NCBI GenBank assembly: GCA_009782215.1
Contig: WRKO01000003.1
Location: 66,514 to 130,513 of the forward strand
Source: Oscillospiraceae bacterium
GTDB lineage: Bacteria > Bacillota > Clostridia > Oscillospirales > UBA929
DNA length: 64,000 nt
Reading direction: 5' to 3'
The notes below the pieces were generated by a model. That model did no database searches. It worked only from the letters and a program-made list of their open reading frames with translations, and was not told the DNA's origin. This document shows, one piece after another, positions 44,671 to 54,158 of this stretch (its first letter is position 1; each line of letters begins with the position of its first letter). Position numbers and translations under genes: made by a program.

Positions 44671-45495
44671 CTATGTCGGCCAAGCCGCCGGGATTTCGCG
44701 AATCAAGTCCGTGACCGTCATGCCCTCCATCAGCCGCTGTCCCGCCAGCCCGTGCCAATACACGCCGCAAACAGCGGCCTGCTCAAGGCTTAATCCCTGC
44801 GCCAGCAGCGCGGCTATCATTCCGGCCAGTGCGTCACCCATGCCGGCGCTTGCCATCGCGGGCGAGCCGGTCGGATTGACATAAGCCCCGCCGTCCGGCA
44901 CGGCGATAACGGTGCGATGTCCCTTTAAGACGGTCACAACGCCCTTTTCCGCCGCGTACCGCCGCGCCGCGCCGATACGGTCGCTCTGAATCTCGGCGGG
45001 CGAGACGCCGCATAGCCGCGCCATCTCGCCAGAGTGCGGCGTGATGACGCATCGCGCCGGATATGCCAAGCCTTCTGTCTCCGCAATCATGTTGAGCGCA
45101 TCCGCATCCCAAACCTGCGAAACCGGCGCACCGGCGGCGGTTTGAATCAGCGCCGCCGCCTCTGGGCGGCGGGAAAGCCCGGGGCCGACCACAAGGGCGT
45201 CATAACGCTCGGCGGCAACGTCTGTTTCCTCTGGAAACACAAACAGCGCTTCCGGTACGGAAACGGCTAAAATCGGGTAGTACTCCCGCGAAACCGCCAT
45301 CGTGACAAGCCCCGCCCCGGCGCGAAACGCGGCCTGCGCGGCAAACATTGCCGCGCCCATCATCCCCCGTGAGCCCGCAAGCGTCAGGACATGCCCCTGA
45401 CTGCCCTTATGCGCGTCAAGGGTACGGCGCGGCAGCCAAGCGCCAACGAGCGCGGCGTCTGTTTCACGCGGTTCGGCGGATGGGGACATAAGCAT
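44671..45495 (-). CDS. nnrD: ADP-dependent NAD(P)H-hydrate dehydratase (stand-alone YjeF C-terminal type)
   Basis: HKGSQGHVL.LAGSRGMMGAA.FAA.AA.RAGAGLV and GSPAMASAGMGDALAG motifs. Confidence 0.85.
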   Translation of the reverse strand: MLMSPSAEPRETDAALVGAWLPRRTLDAHKGSQGHVLTLAGSRGMMGAAMFAAQAAFRAGAGLVTMAVSREYYPILAVSVPEALFVFPEETDVAAERYDALVVGPGLSRRPEAAALIQTAAGAPVSQVWDADALNMIAETEGLAYPARCVITPHSGEMARLCGVSPAEIQSDRIGAARRYAAEKGVVTVLKGHRTVIAVPDGGAYVNPTGSPAMASAGMGDALAGMIAALLAQGLSLEQAAVCGVYWHGLAGQRLMEGMTVTDLIREIPAAWPT

Positions 45496-45507
45496 GAACG
45501 GTTCTCC

Positions 45508-46629
45508 TTACGTACACACGGAGGCGGCCCGTGGCGCGTCTCCCATAGGCGCGGGGCGTTCCGTCTCCGTCGTCAGACGGATAAACGCCGAGCTCTCATA
45601 AGACCGCTCAAACGCCGTGATTATCTCCAGCGCATGGGCGAGCAGCTCCCCCGAAGCGCGGAACGGCGTACCTTCCTCTAAATGCCGGGCCATATCATAA
45701 AGCCCCAGTCCCCGGCTGTTTTCGGAGTAACCGAACGCCGGCGGGACTTCCTCAAACCGGCCCGCGCCCGGCGCTTTTACGTCCGCCGTGTATAGCAGCA
45801 CCGGCCCGCCGAAGGTGTTCGGGTCGGGTACGCTCAATGTGCCTTTAGAGCCGTATATCTCTATCCTCGGCAACTGCGCCGCGAACACATCAAAGGTTGT
45901 GAGGATGACGCCCGCCGCGCCACAGGCAAAATCCATCAGCCCGGCGATGTGGGTCGGCGTCTCGACCTCGATAACCGTCCCGTTTTTCGGCTCGCTTGTA
46001 ATCGTCCTCTCTGGGAACGACGTCTTTGCTATACCGGCGGCGCTCTTCACCGGCCCGATTAAGCTGACAAGGGCGGTGATATAGTACGGCCCCATATCCA
46101 TCATCGGGCCGCCGCCCCGCTTATAGTAAAACTCCGGGGAGGGATGCCATGATTCATGCCCCCGGCAGACCATAAACGCCGTCGCGCCCACAATGTCGCC
46201 GATGACGCCGTCGTCAATCAGCTTGCGGCAGGTTTGCGCCCCCGCGCCGAGGAATGTGTCCGGCGCGCCGCCGAGCAGGCGGCCTTTCTCCTTTGCCAGC
46301 GCCATCAGCCTTTGCCCTTCCTCCCAGTCCGCGCCGAAGGTTTTTTCTGAATACACATGCTTCCCGGCGTTCAGAGCCGCCTCTGACGTTTTATAATGCT
46401 CGTTCGGCCGGGTGAGGTTGAGGACGATATCCACCGACGAATCGGCAAGCATTTCGCTCATATCCCCGTATATCTTCCCAATGCCAAACTCCCGCGCCCG
46501 GCCTTGCGCCTTTTCGGAAAGCAGGTCGCATATTCCCGCGATTTCCAGCCTGTCGGAAAACATCCCCTTCAGGTTTTTCATATAAATGCCGCTGATATCT
46601 CCGCACCCGAGAATCCCAACGCGTTTCAT
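45508..46629 (-). CDS. Gfo/Idh/MocA-family oxidoreductase
   Basis: The N-terminal Rossmann motif MKRVGILGCGDISG and the 373-aa size are typical. Confidence 0.85.
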   Translation of the reverse strand: MKRVGILGCGDISGIYMKNLKGMFSDRLEIAGICDLLSEKAQGRAREFGIGKIYGDMSEMLADSSVDIVLNLTRPNEHYKTSEAALNAGKHVYSEKTFGADWEEGQRLMALAKEKGRLLGGAPDTFLGAGAQTCRKLIDDGVIGDIVGATAFMVCRGHESWHPSPEFYYKRGGGPMMDMGPYYITALVSLIGPVKSAAGIAKTSFPERTITSEPKNGTVIEVETPTHIAGLMDFACGAAGVILTTFDVFAAQLPRIEIYGSKGTLSVPDPNTFGGPVLLYTADVKAPGAGRFEEVPPAFGYSENSRGLGLYDMARHLEEGTPFRASGELLAHALEIITAFERSYESSAFIRLTTETERPAPMGDAPRAASVCT

Positions 46630-46644
46630 TCCATTCCCTCCTGC

Positions 46645-47370
46645 CTAGTACATCTTTGCGGTGTTCTCAAACCGCTCCGTCGTCAAGCCATGCTTCACGG
46701 CATAGGCCTTGCCCGCCGCCGCCCAGAGCATCCCGTTTTTCATCAGCCGCGCCGCTTCGGGAAGGTCGAACACATCGTCGTGGTGGCCCAGCGAGGTGTA
46801 GAATACCCGCCCGTTGCCCCAATACTTCGTCCACGCCACCGGCATGGCGGACGGCTTGTTTGAAATATGGTAATACGGCACGCCGGGGGATGGAAACTGT
46901 GTCGTCGCCAAGACCTCCACAGCGGGGTCTATGTGCAGGTAATAATGCTCGCTCCTGACGGCAAAGTCCTCCAGACCCTCTGTAATCGGGCTGGAACCCC
47001 GGCAGATATTGACCGTATACTCCACGCCGTCTCCGCCCGGATGGCTGACCCACTGGCCGCCGGTGATAAACTGCCATTCGGTATTGCCCCGGAAGCTGTC
47101 GCACATACCGCCGTGGCAGCCGGCAAGCCCCACGCCCGCGCCCACGGCCTTGGAAATGTTCGTCACATACTCATTCTTGATCTCACCCATTGTCCAGCAT
47201 GAAACAATCAAATCCAGCTCCATCAAAGGCTCCGACTGAGCGAACGCGTCCAGCGTATCGCTAATCTCAGCCTCAAACCCTTCCTCCCGCAAATATCCCG
47301 CGAATCTCTCGCTGACCAGAAGCGGCTCGTGGCCGTCCCAGCCTCCCCGGACGATAAGCGCTTTTTTCAT
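46645..47370 (-). CDS. ThuA-domain protein
   Basis: MKKALIVRGGWDGHEP...LIVSCWTMG...GCHGG pattern of ThuA-like class I glutamine-amidotransferase-fold proteins. Confidence 0.75.
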   Translation of the reverse strand: MKKALIVRGGWDGHEPLLVSERFAGYLREEGFEAEISDTLDAFAQSEPLMELDLIVSCWTMGEIKNEYVTNISKAVGAGVGLAGCHGGMCDSFRGNTEWQFITGGQWVSHPGGDGVEYTVNICRGSSPITEGLEDFAVRSEHYYLHIDPAVEVLATTQFPSPGVPYYHISNKPSAMPVAWTKYWGNGRVFYTSLGHHDDVFDLPEAARLMKNGMLWAAAGKAYAVKHGLTTERFENTAKMY

Positions 47371-47500
47371 ACTGTCCTCCTACTTGTTCGCCCCGGTGTA
47401 TGCCAAGGCATAAAAGTGGCCAAAACGGCGGCTCCACCATACCATATTACTATTTTCCCCGAAATTTGTCAACCGGGCGGTGACGGCTTGTCCGAAGCGC

Positions 47501-47530
47501 CGCCCGGCTCCGCATACGCAGAGCCGGGCG
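47501..47530 (-). terminator. GC-rich hairpin downstream of the giant SLH gene
   Basis: CGCCCGGCTC-N10-GAGCCGGGCG. No clear U-tract. Confidence 0.4.
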
Positions 47531-47557
47531 GGTTGTCATTTTAGTATTGCGCTGTGC

Positions 47558-50500
47558 TTATTTGCCGAAGGCTTTCACGATGTTGGACATGATGGCCGCA
47601 ATCTGTCCGCGGTCAATCGTCATGTCGGGGCTGAAGCTGGCGCCGCCCGTGCCGCTCACGATGCCGTGGCCCGCGAGGAACTCAATCGCATCCACAACCG
47701 CCGCGTCCAGTCCGTCAATGTCGTCAAACTCCGCGCCGGCTTTGACGCTGACCTTCACGCCGCTCTTCACGATGAAGTTGTAGATGATAACCGCCATGTC
47801 GGCGCGGGTCACCGCTTCCGTATAATCCTCAATATCCAGCCCGGCGAAGATACCAAACTCCTCGCCCCATGTGATGTGGTCGCCGTCCGCCCAGACAAGC
47901 TCCGCGCCCAGTCCAAGGTAGTTGCTCAGGACAGCCGCCAGCGTCTGATAGGTAATCGGGGCTTCCGAGTTGAAGCGTCCCGCTTGGTCGCCCACAAAGA
48001 TGCCTCTCGCGCCCGCGAACACCGCGTGGCCGCTCGCCCACGTGGGAATCGTATCGGTGAACGTCACGGGGTTGTAGCCGATGACGAACTTCGAGAAGTG
48101 GTTCGTGACGAAGTACACGAAGCCGTCGTCATAGTAGCCTCTGATGACGTCCAGCTCGCCGTCCGCGTTGAGGTAGTACACCACAATCGCTTCGGCGTCT
48201 TCGCCGTCGCCCAGCTCGTACGGAATCGCGATGCTGATGGTGCCGCCGCCGAACTCCGTGACCGCCACGCCGTTGACCAGCACCGAGAAGTCATACACCG
48301 GCCGGTCTTCCACAAGCTCCGCCACGTCGTCGTCCAAGGTCTCAACGTCCACGGCCTCAACCACAAACTCAACCGTCACGCCCTCGCCGAAGATGGTCTC
48401 CAGCGCCTCGAGGTCGAGCGTAAACGTCGCCTCAATGTCGCCCTCCAGCTCAAACGTCAGCGTAAAGTCGTCGTCGCCGTTCTCAATCGCTTCCGCAATC
48501 TCTTCCAAAATCTCCGCAACCTCTTCCGCGCCAATCGTCAGGTCGCCCACTTCCGGCTCGCCGTCCGGCTCGGTCGGCTCCTCCGGGTCGGTCGGCGTGG
48601 TCGGCGGGATGAAAATGTCGCCGCCTTCGTCGCCGGTGTTGCCGCCCGCTGCTTCCTTAGCGGCAATCTCGGTAGCCAAATCGTCAAGCAGTTCTTCTTC
48701 TGCTTCTAGCAGCCCTTTAGAGGAGGTGTGCAGCAAGTTAAACGCTGTCTGCGCAACTGTCACAGCCGCTTTGTCGCTAATTTCGATGTTTGCAACCGTC
48801 TTGGCAAGGATGGTCGCGTGGGCATCTTGCCAGTCTTTCGCCGCTTTGGTATACCCTATGTTGTCAATCACGTCCTCTAGGTCAGAAAAGTCATCCAAGT
48901 CTTCCGCTAACTCCCTGCTCACGCTTTCGTAAGCGTCAATCGCAATGTTTATGCTCGCAAGGATTAGCAAGTAGTCATTAAGGCTCGCGATTGGCGGCGC
49001 CGAGTCTTTCAATCCCGACGTATTCGCCCACGAAATCCACAGCTTAACATTCTCTTCCAGCGCGGCAATAAGGCTGTCACGAGTGGCTGCAATGGTCACA
49101 GCCGTCACGCCCTCCAGCGCCAACAGAGCCTTCGCGCCATCACTCAGCCAGCCAAACTCCGTCAACGCTTCCGGCACGTAGGTAAAGTCATCCACAAGGG
49201 CTTGAACCTCCGCGTCGCTCAGTCTGCTACTCGGATTTGTCACAACCAATGTCAGCTCGTCCGCGTAGTCAAGCAAGAAGTCAACCATTTCGTCCACTGC
49301 GTCGTTCACGGCGTCAATCGCGTCTTGCAGTGTCCCAATGTCCGTGATATTGAACATGTCTTCGGTGACGATTAAGAGGAAGTAAGCCTCCATGTTGCCC
49401 ACGTCAAGGTTATCCAACCCGGCAGCGGCAACCTCTCCAATCAGGTTAAGCCTCACCCACAGCACACCAGCGTTGTCAGTAGAGCCAATCTCACCAATCC
49501 AAGCATTCACCGCCGCAAGGTTCACGCCGTCGATGACGCCCTTAATGGCGGCTACGAACAGCTCGAAGTCAGCTCGGGCGGGGGTGCCGTTAGTCACATA
49601 GTCATCCCAGTCGTCTGCGCCCAAACTGTCCGCCACGGCGTCAATCGCGTCTTTGAAGTCTTGCAGCGCGGCTATGTAGAAATCCCTCACGTCGAAGAAG
49701 AGGTTGGAATAGCTGTCGGTCGCGTAACCCAGCGCAATCAGGAGCCCTTCCGTGTCACCCGCCGTGTAATCGTACACCTCTACAATCAAGTCTGGCCAAA
49801 CGTCCCCAATAATCGCGTCATACAGGGCGTTCAGTTTATCTTCCGTTCCGGCGGACAAGTAGTCTTTAGCTTCAGCGCTCAATCCGTTGAAATCAACCCG
49901 CGCCCTGAGAATGTCGTTCGCCTCACTGTAGTTATCATCCAATGGATTCAGCAACAGCACATCGCTATAGGTATCCTCAAAGTTCAGCGCACTCCACTTC
50001 GCCAGCAGGTCGTCGTGGTGGTCTTTCACTGCCACCACTTCGGGTCTCGCTTTCAGCGCAGGTGACAACATATCATAAACGACGAGAGCGGCGGGAAGTT
50101 TACCGAGGTCGGACAATGCTATAGTGCCCGTTGTCAAATCCATTATCGCCACGATATTGGTGTCCGCCAAGAACGCATCGACAAATCCCAAAATCTCAAG
50201 CTCATCTTCCAAGGCTTCCAAGCGCGCAATGTCATCAGCCAGCGCGGTCAGCACCTTGTCGAAGCTCGCCCATTTGCCTGTGGTTCTAACGTCTGCCAGC
50301 GCGGCATTTACGAGCGCTGTGTCAGCAGTCAAGGTTGCAATCGCAAGCTCCTCAACCACCAGCTCCAGCGCGTCATCATGGTCGTCCCTAAAGATGGCAA
50401 CCGCAGCGTCAACCAAGTCAGTCTCAACGTCCAGCTCCGATTCCAAAAGTTCCTGAGCGACTTCGCTAAGGTCATAATAAGCACTCAGCGTATCTTGCAC

Positions 50501-53500
50501 ATCTCCCCAATCTGAGAAGTCTATTCCGTCAAGGACGTCGTTCAAGAAGTCGTCGATGTCCTCTTTCAAGTCAGCAAAGGCAATAATCTTATCCTCTACC
50601 CCAGCGGTCAGCTCGTTGATTACTTCTTGGGCTAAGTCGTTTTCATACTCATCCACCAGCAAATCCACAAGGCTGTCGCCGCTAACAACAAACAAGTCAT
50701 TCCAAGTAATGGTCGCCAGCGTCTTGGCAAGGATAGTCGCATGTTTCGCTTCAAACGCCAACGCTTTTTCCTCGTCTGTGGGCAGTATCTCCTCCACCGC
50801 AAACGACGCGAAATACCAAGCGTGTTCAAACACACCGTTGCCCGGCTGTACGCGCAGGGTTCTTCCGCTGAAGTCGAAAGTGTCGTCAAGCTCAATCGTA
50901 AGCGAAATCGTCGTCCAAGCGTCCGTTGCGACGGTGCCTATCCACGTCGAGCCGGTTATCACTTCAAGCCCGGTGGGAACCTGACCGTCGTCTTGGAAAG
51001 CAACCTGTATCGCCGTTGCGGCATCCGTACCGGGCAGATTCCCAGCAGGCAGGTAGTAGTCAACTTCAATCGTATACTTGCCCGGATATTCAATCCCAAG
51101 GTTAGCAAAGCTAACCCTCGCGCCCCAGCGCCAGTTATCAGCGCCGTTGCCAACAATCTTCAACGTATTGGTCAACCCGCCAATCGCGTCCGTTTCCATT
51201 TCAGCCGTGCCCGAACCAGCGGTAAAGTTGCTAGGCGCAAAGTCCTGACCCGTCGGCTCAAATATCGGCGCGACCGGGTCGCTCCCGTCAACAATGTTAA
51301 TCGTCAGTATCTTCACCGTTTCAGAGGTGTCATTAAACACGATATAGATGTAGAGAGGTTTCCCGACGCCTACGTCCAGAAGCCCATATTCTGTAACCTC
51401 ATCTTTAATCTCACTCGCGACAACGGAATAAGTGGAAGCCGTTTGGTCAGCAGCCAGCGAAACGAGGTCGGCAGCCGATGCGAAAGGCGCCGTCTTATCG
51501 TCTTTCGAACTCCAAAACACTTTATACGTAGTCGCTGCCAAGGCGCCCGAGCCGCGGTCAACATTGATAACCACGTCATCCGCTGCGGCATCGTCAATAT
51601 CAAACGTCACCTTCGTAATCGGCGTCACGCCATCCATGCCAAAGTTCGCGCTCGGCGCCACGCTCGGCGTCGTATCCGTAATCGTCAGCGGGGAAGACGT
51701 CACAACCGGATCCCCCTCATCGAACGTCACCCGAATGAGAACTTTGTCGTCTTTGGCGTAGCCATCTTCAAACACGCCGGAAATGATGGTAATCTCTCTC
51801 GCGGTCGTATTAACTGAGTAATCTGCCTCGACAGAAGCTAGCGTATACCAAGTACTCCCGTTGTCGGACGAAAGCGCAACCCCTTCAACTGCGGTCGTCT
51901 CAAAATATCCCGTCCCGTGGGTGTAGGTAACGACCACCGGAGCAGGGGCGTAAAGGTCAAACTCGGAGCCGACAAGCGTAACCGTCGGCCGGTTGCCTTG
52001 CGGCGCGTTGTCCTCAATCGCCAGCGTGAGAACTGCCCTCGTGTCCGCGTCATCGTCGAAGAGGATAACGATGTAGAGGTTGTCTGTCGCCTCCAACCCA
52101 AACTCGTCAATCGCCTCCTCAATCGTACTACCAAATATCGTGAGTACGCCCGCGCTGTATGTGAAATCATCCCCAATATCCAGCTCATCGCTGTGGACTC
52201 CGCTATTATCATCGGTGTCGGCCACCCACACTTCATCAATCCCGACCGCGCCCAACGTACCCCGGCCGAGGTCGATGAAAATAAGCACGTCGGCTGGGTC
52301 GAAAAGGTCGAACTCCATCGTCAGCTCCACGGCATCATCTTCAAACGACGCCGTCGGCGCCGTGCCATTATTCACAACCTCAATCGCCAAGGCGATATCA
52401 GCCACAACGTCGTCAAGGTTGATGTCGGTGTAGGGGCCGACGAGGCCAGCGGCCACGAAGTCAGCCCAATCATTGGCGCTATCAGCCAGCTCCGCGGCGT
52501 ATTCCAGCTCGAAGTCTTCGTCAATACTCCAGTCGCCCTCTTCCGCGACAAACCCTTCCAGCGCTTCCAGCGCGTCAATCAAGTCGCCCTCGTCTACATC
52601 CTCAAGGTCGGCCGACACGGCCTCCGCAACGTCTTCCAGATAACCAATCAGCAAGGCATTCACGACTTCAACCGCGTCAACAACATCGCCCACAACGGCT
52701 TCAAATGAAACCGCGCTATAGTCGCCGCTGCCGATAGCGGTGATAAAGGAAGCCCAATCCGTGTAGGTCGTACTCTTCTTCAGCTCCTCGGCATACAAGG
52801 CTTCCAAGACGACCCACGAATCAAGGTCTTCGCCGAAGAAGGCCGCAAAGGCTTCCAACGCGACAATCATGCCGTCGGCGTCCACGGCGTCCACGGCGGA
52901 CTTGACTCCTCCCAACGTCTCCGTAATCAGCTCGTAGTTCTCGCCAAGAATCGCAGAGTTAACTTCTAAGATGGCTTCGAGAATATCGGCGATAGTGGCA
53001 GTATCCCCGCCGAATTTCGCCAGATATACATTGTCGATGTGTTCCAGCGCGACTTTATACTTGGCCACCATGACATCCCAATTAACGAGGAGAAGCCCGT
53101 CGCTGTCAGCGTAAAAGAAAGGCGTGGTAAAGGCATTGTAGGCTTCCAGCGCGGCATACAAGCCGCTGCCGTCCCCGTCCAGCTCGGTCACAATGTTTTC
53201 CAGTATAGTAAAGATGTCTCCCAAAGCAATATTGGCAGCCTCAATCGCAGCGTCAATGATTCCCAGCGCTGCCTCGGCAAGAACGAATAGCCACTCAGTG
53301 GGAGACTCTTCAATCTCCCCGGCATTGAAAGCGGCAATGAAATCTTCCCACGTTTCAATGTTGACCGGGCCATCGGTTGTTAGCGTCGCAGCCTCAACCG
53401 CCGCGTCCAATAAAGCCGGCGCGAAAAAGCCATGCTCTGCGGCGATTTCATAGAATTCGTCGTTTTCGTCGTCGTAATTCGACTCTTCCCCCAAGAAAGC

Positions 53501-53986
53501 ATCAAACGCCGCCAAAGCCGCGACAATCGTGGTCTCGTCGGCCTCGTACACGTCGTCAACCAACGCAAACGCCGCAACCGAAAGGTCAATCATGCCGATG
53601 ACGCCTTGAATGGCCTCGACAACATCGTCAACGGACGCATAAGGATCCAAACCATCTTCAGCACCGGAAGCAAGTACATACTCTGCCCAGCCGTCGTAAG
53701 GATCGCCGCCATCATCGTCAATCGCCTTAGCCGCATCGTCAATCGCGCCTTTAATCTCGGCCGCAAACGCGAAATAGATGTCTTCGTTGTCGCCATCAAC
53801 TGTTAATCCGGTAACAGCTTCCAGCAGTGTTAAGTACGCATTAGCAGTAATACTGCCAATGTCCGCCGTAAACACGGCGTCTACTTCACCAGCGGTGTCA
53901 GCATTGTCCGCCAGAGTTCCCATAACCGGGAGCATACCGAGTATCATAGCCGCCGCCACGGCTAGGGAAAAGAGTCGCTTTTTCAT
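47558..53986 (-). CDS. giant (2,142-aa) acidic SLH-anchored surface protein
   Basis: Signal peptide MKKRLFSLAVAAAMILGMLPVMGTLA. A very long Asp/Glu/Ala/Val-rich body with a beta-rich central part. Three C-terminal SLH repeats (FTDTIPTWASGHAVFAGARGIFVG.., ..ITWGEEFGIFAG.., FDDIDGLDAAVVDAIEFLAGHGIVSG..). Confidence 0.85.
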   Translation of the reverse strand: MKKRLFSLAVAAAMILGMLPVMGTLADNADTAGEVDAVFTADIGSITANAYLTLLEAVTGLTVDGDNEDIYFAFAAEIKGAIDDAAKAIDDDGGDPYDGWAEYVLASGAEDGLDPYASVDDVVEAIQGVIGMIDLSVAAFALVDDVYEADETTIVAALAAFDAFLGEESNYDDENDEFYEIAAEHGFFAPALLDAAVEAATLTTDGPVNIETWEDFIAAFNAGEIEESPTEWLFVLAEAALGIIDAAIEAANIALGDIFTILENIVTELDGDGSGLYAALEAYNAFTTPFFYADSDGLLLVNWDVMVAKYKVALEHIDNVYLAKFGGDTATIADILEAILEVNSAILGENYELITETLGGVKSAVDAVDADGMIVALEAFAAFFGEDLDSWVVLEALYAEELKKSTTYTDWASFITAIGSGDYSAVSFEAVVGDVVDAVEVVNALLIGYLEDVAEAVSADLEDVDEGDLIDALEALEGFVAEEGDWSIDEDFELEYAAELADSANDWADFVAAGLVGPYTDINLDDVVADIALAIEVVNNGTAPTASFEDDAVELTMEFDLFDPADVLIFIDLGRGTLGAVGIDEVWVADTDDNSGVHSDELDIGDDFTYSAGVLTIFGSTIEEAIDEFGLEATDNLYIVILFDDDADTRAVLTLAIEDNAPQGNRPTVTLVGSEFDLYAPAPVVVTYTHGTGYFETTAVEGVALSSDNGSTWYTLASVEADYSVNTTAREITIISGVFEDGYAKDDKVLIRVTFDEGDPVVTSSPLTITDTTPSVAPSANFGMDGVTPITKVTFDIDDAAADDVVINVDRGSGALAATTYKVFWSSKDDKTAPFASAADLVSLAADQTASTYSVVASEIKDEVTEYGLLDVGVGKPLYIYIVFNDTSETVKILTINIVDGSDPVAPIFEPTGQDFAPSNFTAGSGTAEMETDAIGGLTNTLKIVGNGADNWRWGARVSFANLGIEYPGKYTIEVDYYLPAGNLPGTDAATAIQVAFQDDGQVPTGLEVITGSTWIGTVATDAWTTISLTIELDDTFDFSGRTLRVQPGNGVFEHAWYFASFAVEEILPTDEEKALAFEAKHATILAKTLATITWNDLFVVSGDSLVDLLVDEYENDLAQEVINELTAGVEDKIIAFADLKEDIDDFLNDVLDGIDFSDWGDVQDTLSAYYDLSEVAQELLESELDVETDLVDAAVAIFRDDHDDALELVVEELAIATLTADTALVNAALADVRTTGKWASFDKVLTALADDIARLEALEDELEILGFVDAFLADTNIVAIMDLTTGTIALSDLGKLPAALVVYDMLSPALKARPEVVAVKDHHDDLLAKWSALNFEDTYSDVLLLNPLDDNYSEANDILRARVDFNGLSAEAKDYLSAGTEDKLNALYDAIIGDVWPDLIVEVYDYTAGDTEGLLIALGYATDSYSNLFFDVRDFYIAALQDFKDAIDAVADSLGADDWDDYVTNGTPARADFELFVAAIKGVIDGVNLAAVNAWIGEIGSTDNAGVLWVRLNLIGEVAAAGLDNLDVGNMEAYFLLIVTEDMFNITDIGTLQDAIDAVNDAVDEMVDFLLDYADELTLVVTNPSSRLSDAEVQALVDDFTYVPEALTEFGWLSDGAKALLALEGVTAVTIAATRDSLIAALEENVKLWISWANTSGLKDSAPPIASLNDYLLILASINIAIDAYESVSRELAEDLDDFSDLEDVIDNIGYTKAAKDWQDAHATILAKTVANIEISDKAAVTVAQTAFNLLHTSSKGLLEAEEELLDDLATEIAAKEAAGGNTGDEGGDIFIPPTTPTDPEEPTEPDGEPEVGDLTIGAEEVAEILEEIAEAIENGDDDFTLTFELEGDIEATFTLDLEALETIFGEGVTVEFVVEAVDVETLDDDVAELVEDRPVYDFSVLVNGVAVTEFGGGTISIAIPYELGDGEDAEAIVVYYLNADGELDVIRGYYDDGFVYFVTNHFSKFVIGYNPVTFTDTIPTWASGHAVFAGARGIFVGDQAGRFNSEAPITYQTLAAVLSNYLGLGAELVWADGDHITWGEEFGIFAGLDIEDYTEAVTRADMAVIIYNFIVKSGVKVSVKAGAEFDDIDGLDAAVVDAIEFLAGHGIVSGTGGASFSPDMTIDRGQIAAIMSNIVKAFGK

Positions 53987-54034
53987 TTGTGAGTCTCTCC
54001 TTCATCATAAAAAAATAGGGCCGCGTTCGTGATA

Positions 54035-54063
54035 ATTATACACGAATGTGATTTGAATGTCAA
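54035..54063 (-). promoter_or_regulatory. consensus promoter of the giant SLH gene
   Basis: Reverse strand reads TTGACA, 17 nt, TATAAT. Confidence 0.6.
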
Positions 54064-54110
54064 GCGTTTTTTCAAAAAAAAAGATGAAATTGGCAAGAAG
54101 TTGCGCAGGC

Positions 54111-54137
54111 AAAAACGCAGCCTGTGCGGCTGCGTTT
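54111..54137 (-). terminator. rho-independent terminator of the fucosidase gene
   Basis: Reverse strand reads AAACGCAGCC-GCACA-GGCTGCGTTTTTG. Confidence 0.7.
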
Positions 54138-54158
54138 GGTTGCTTTGGGGTTGCCGTG

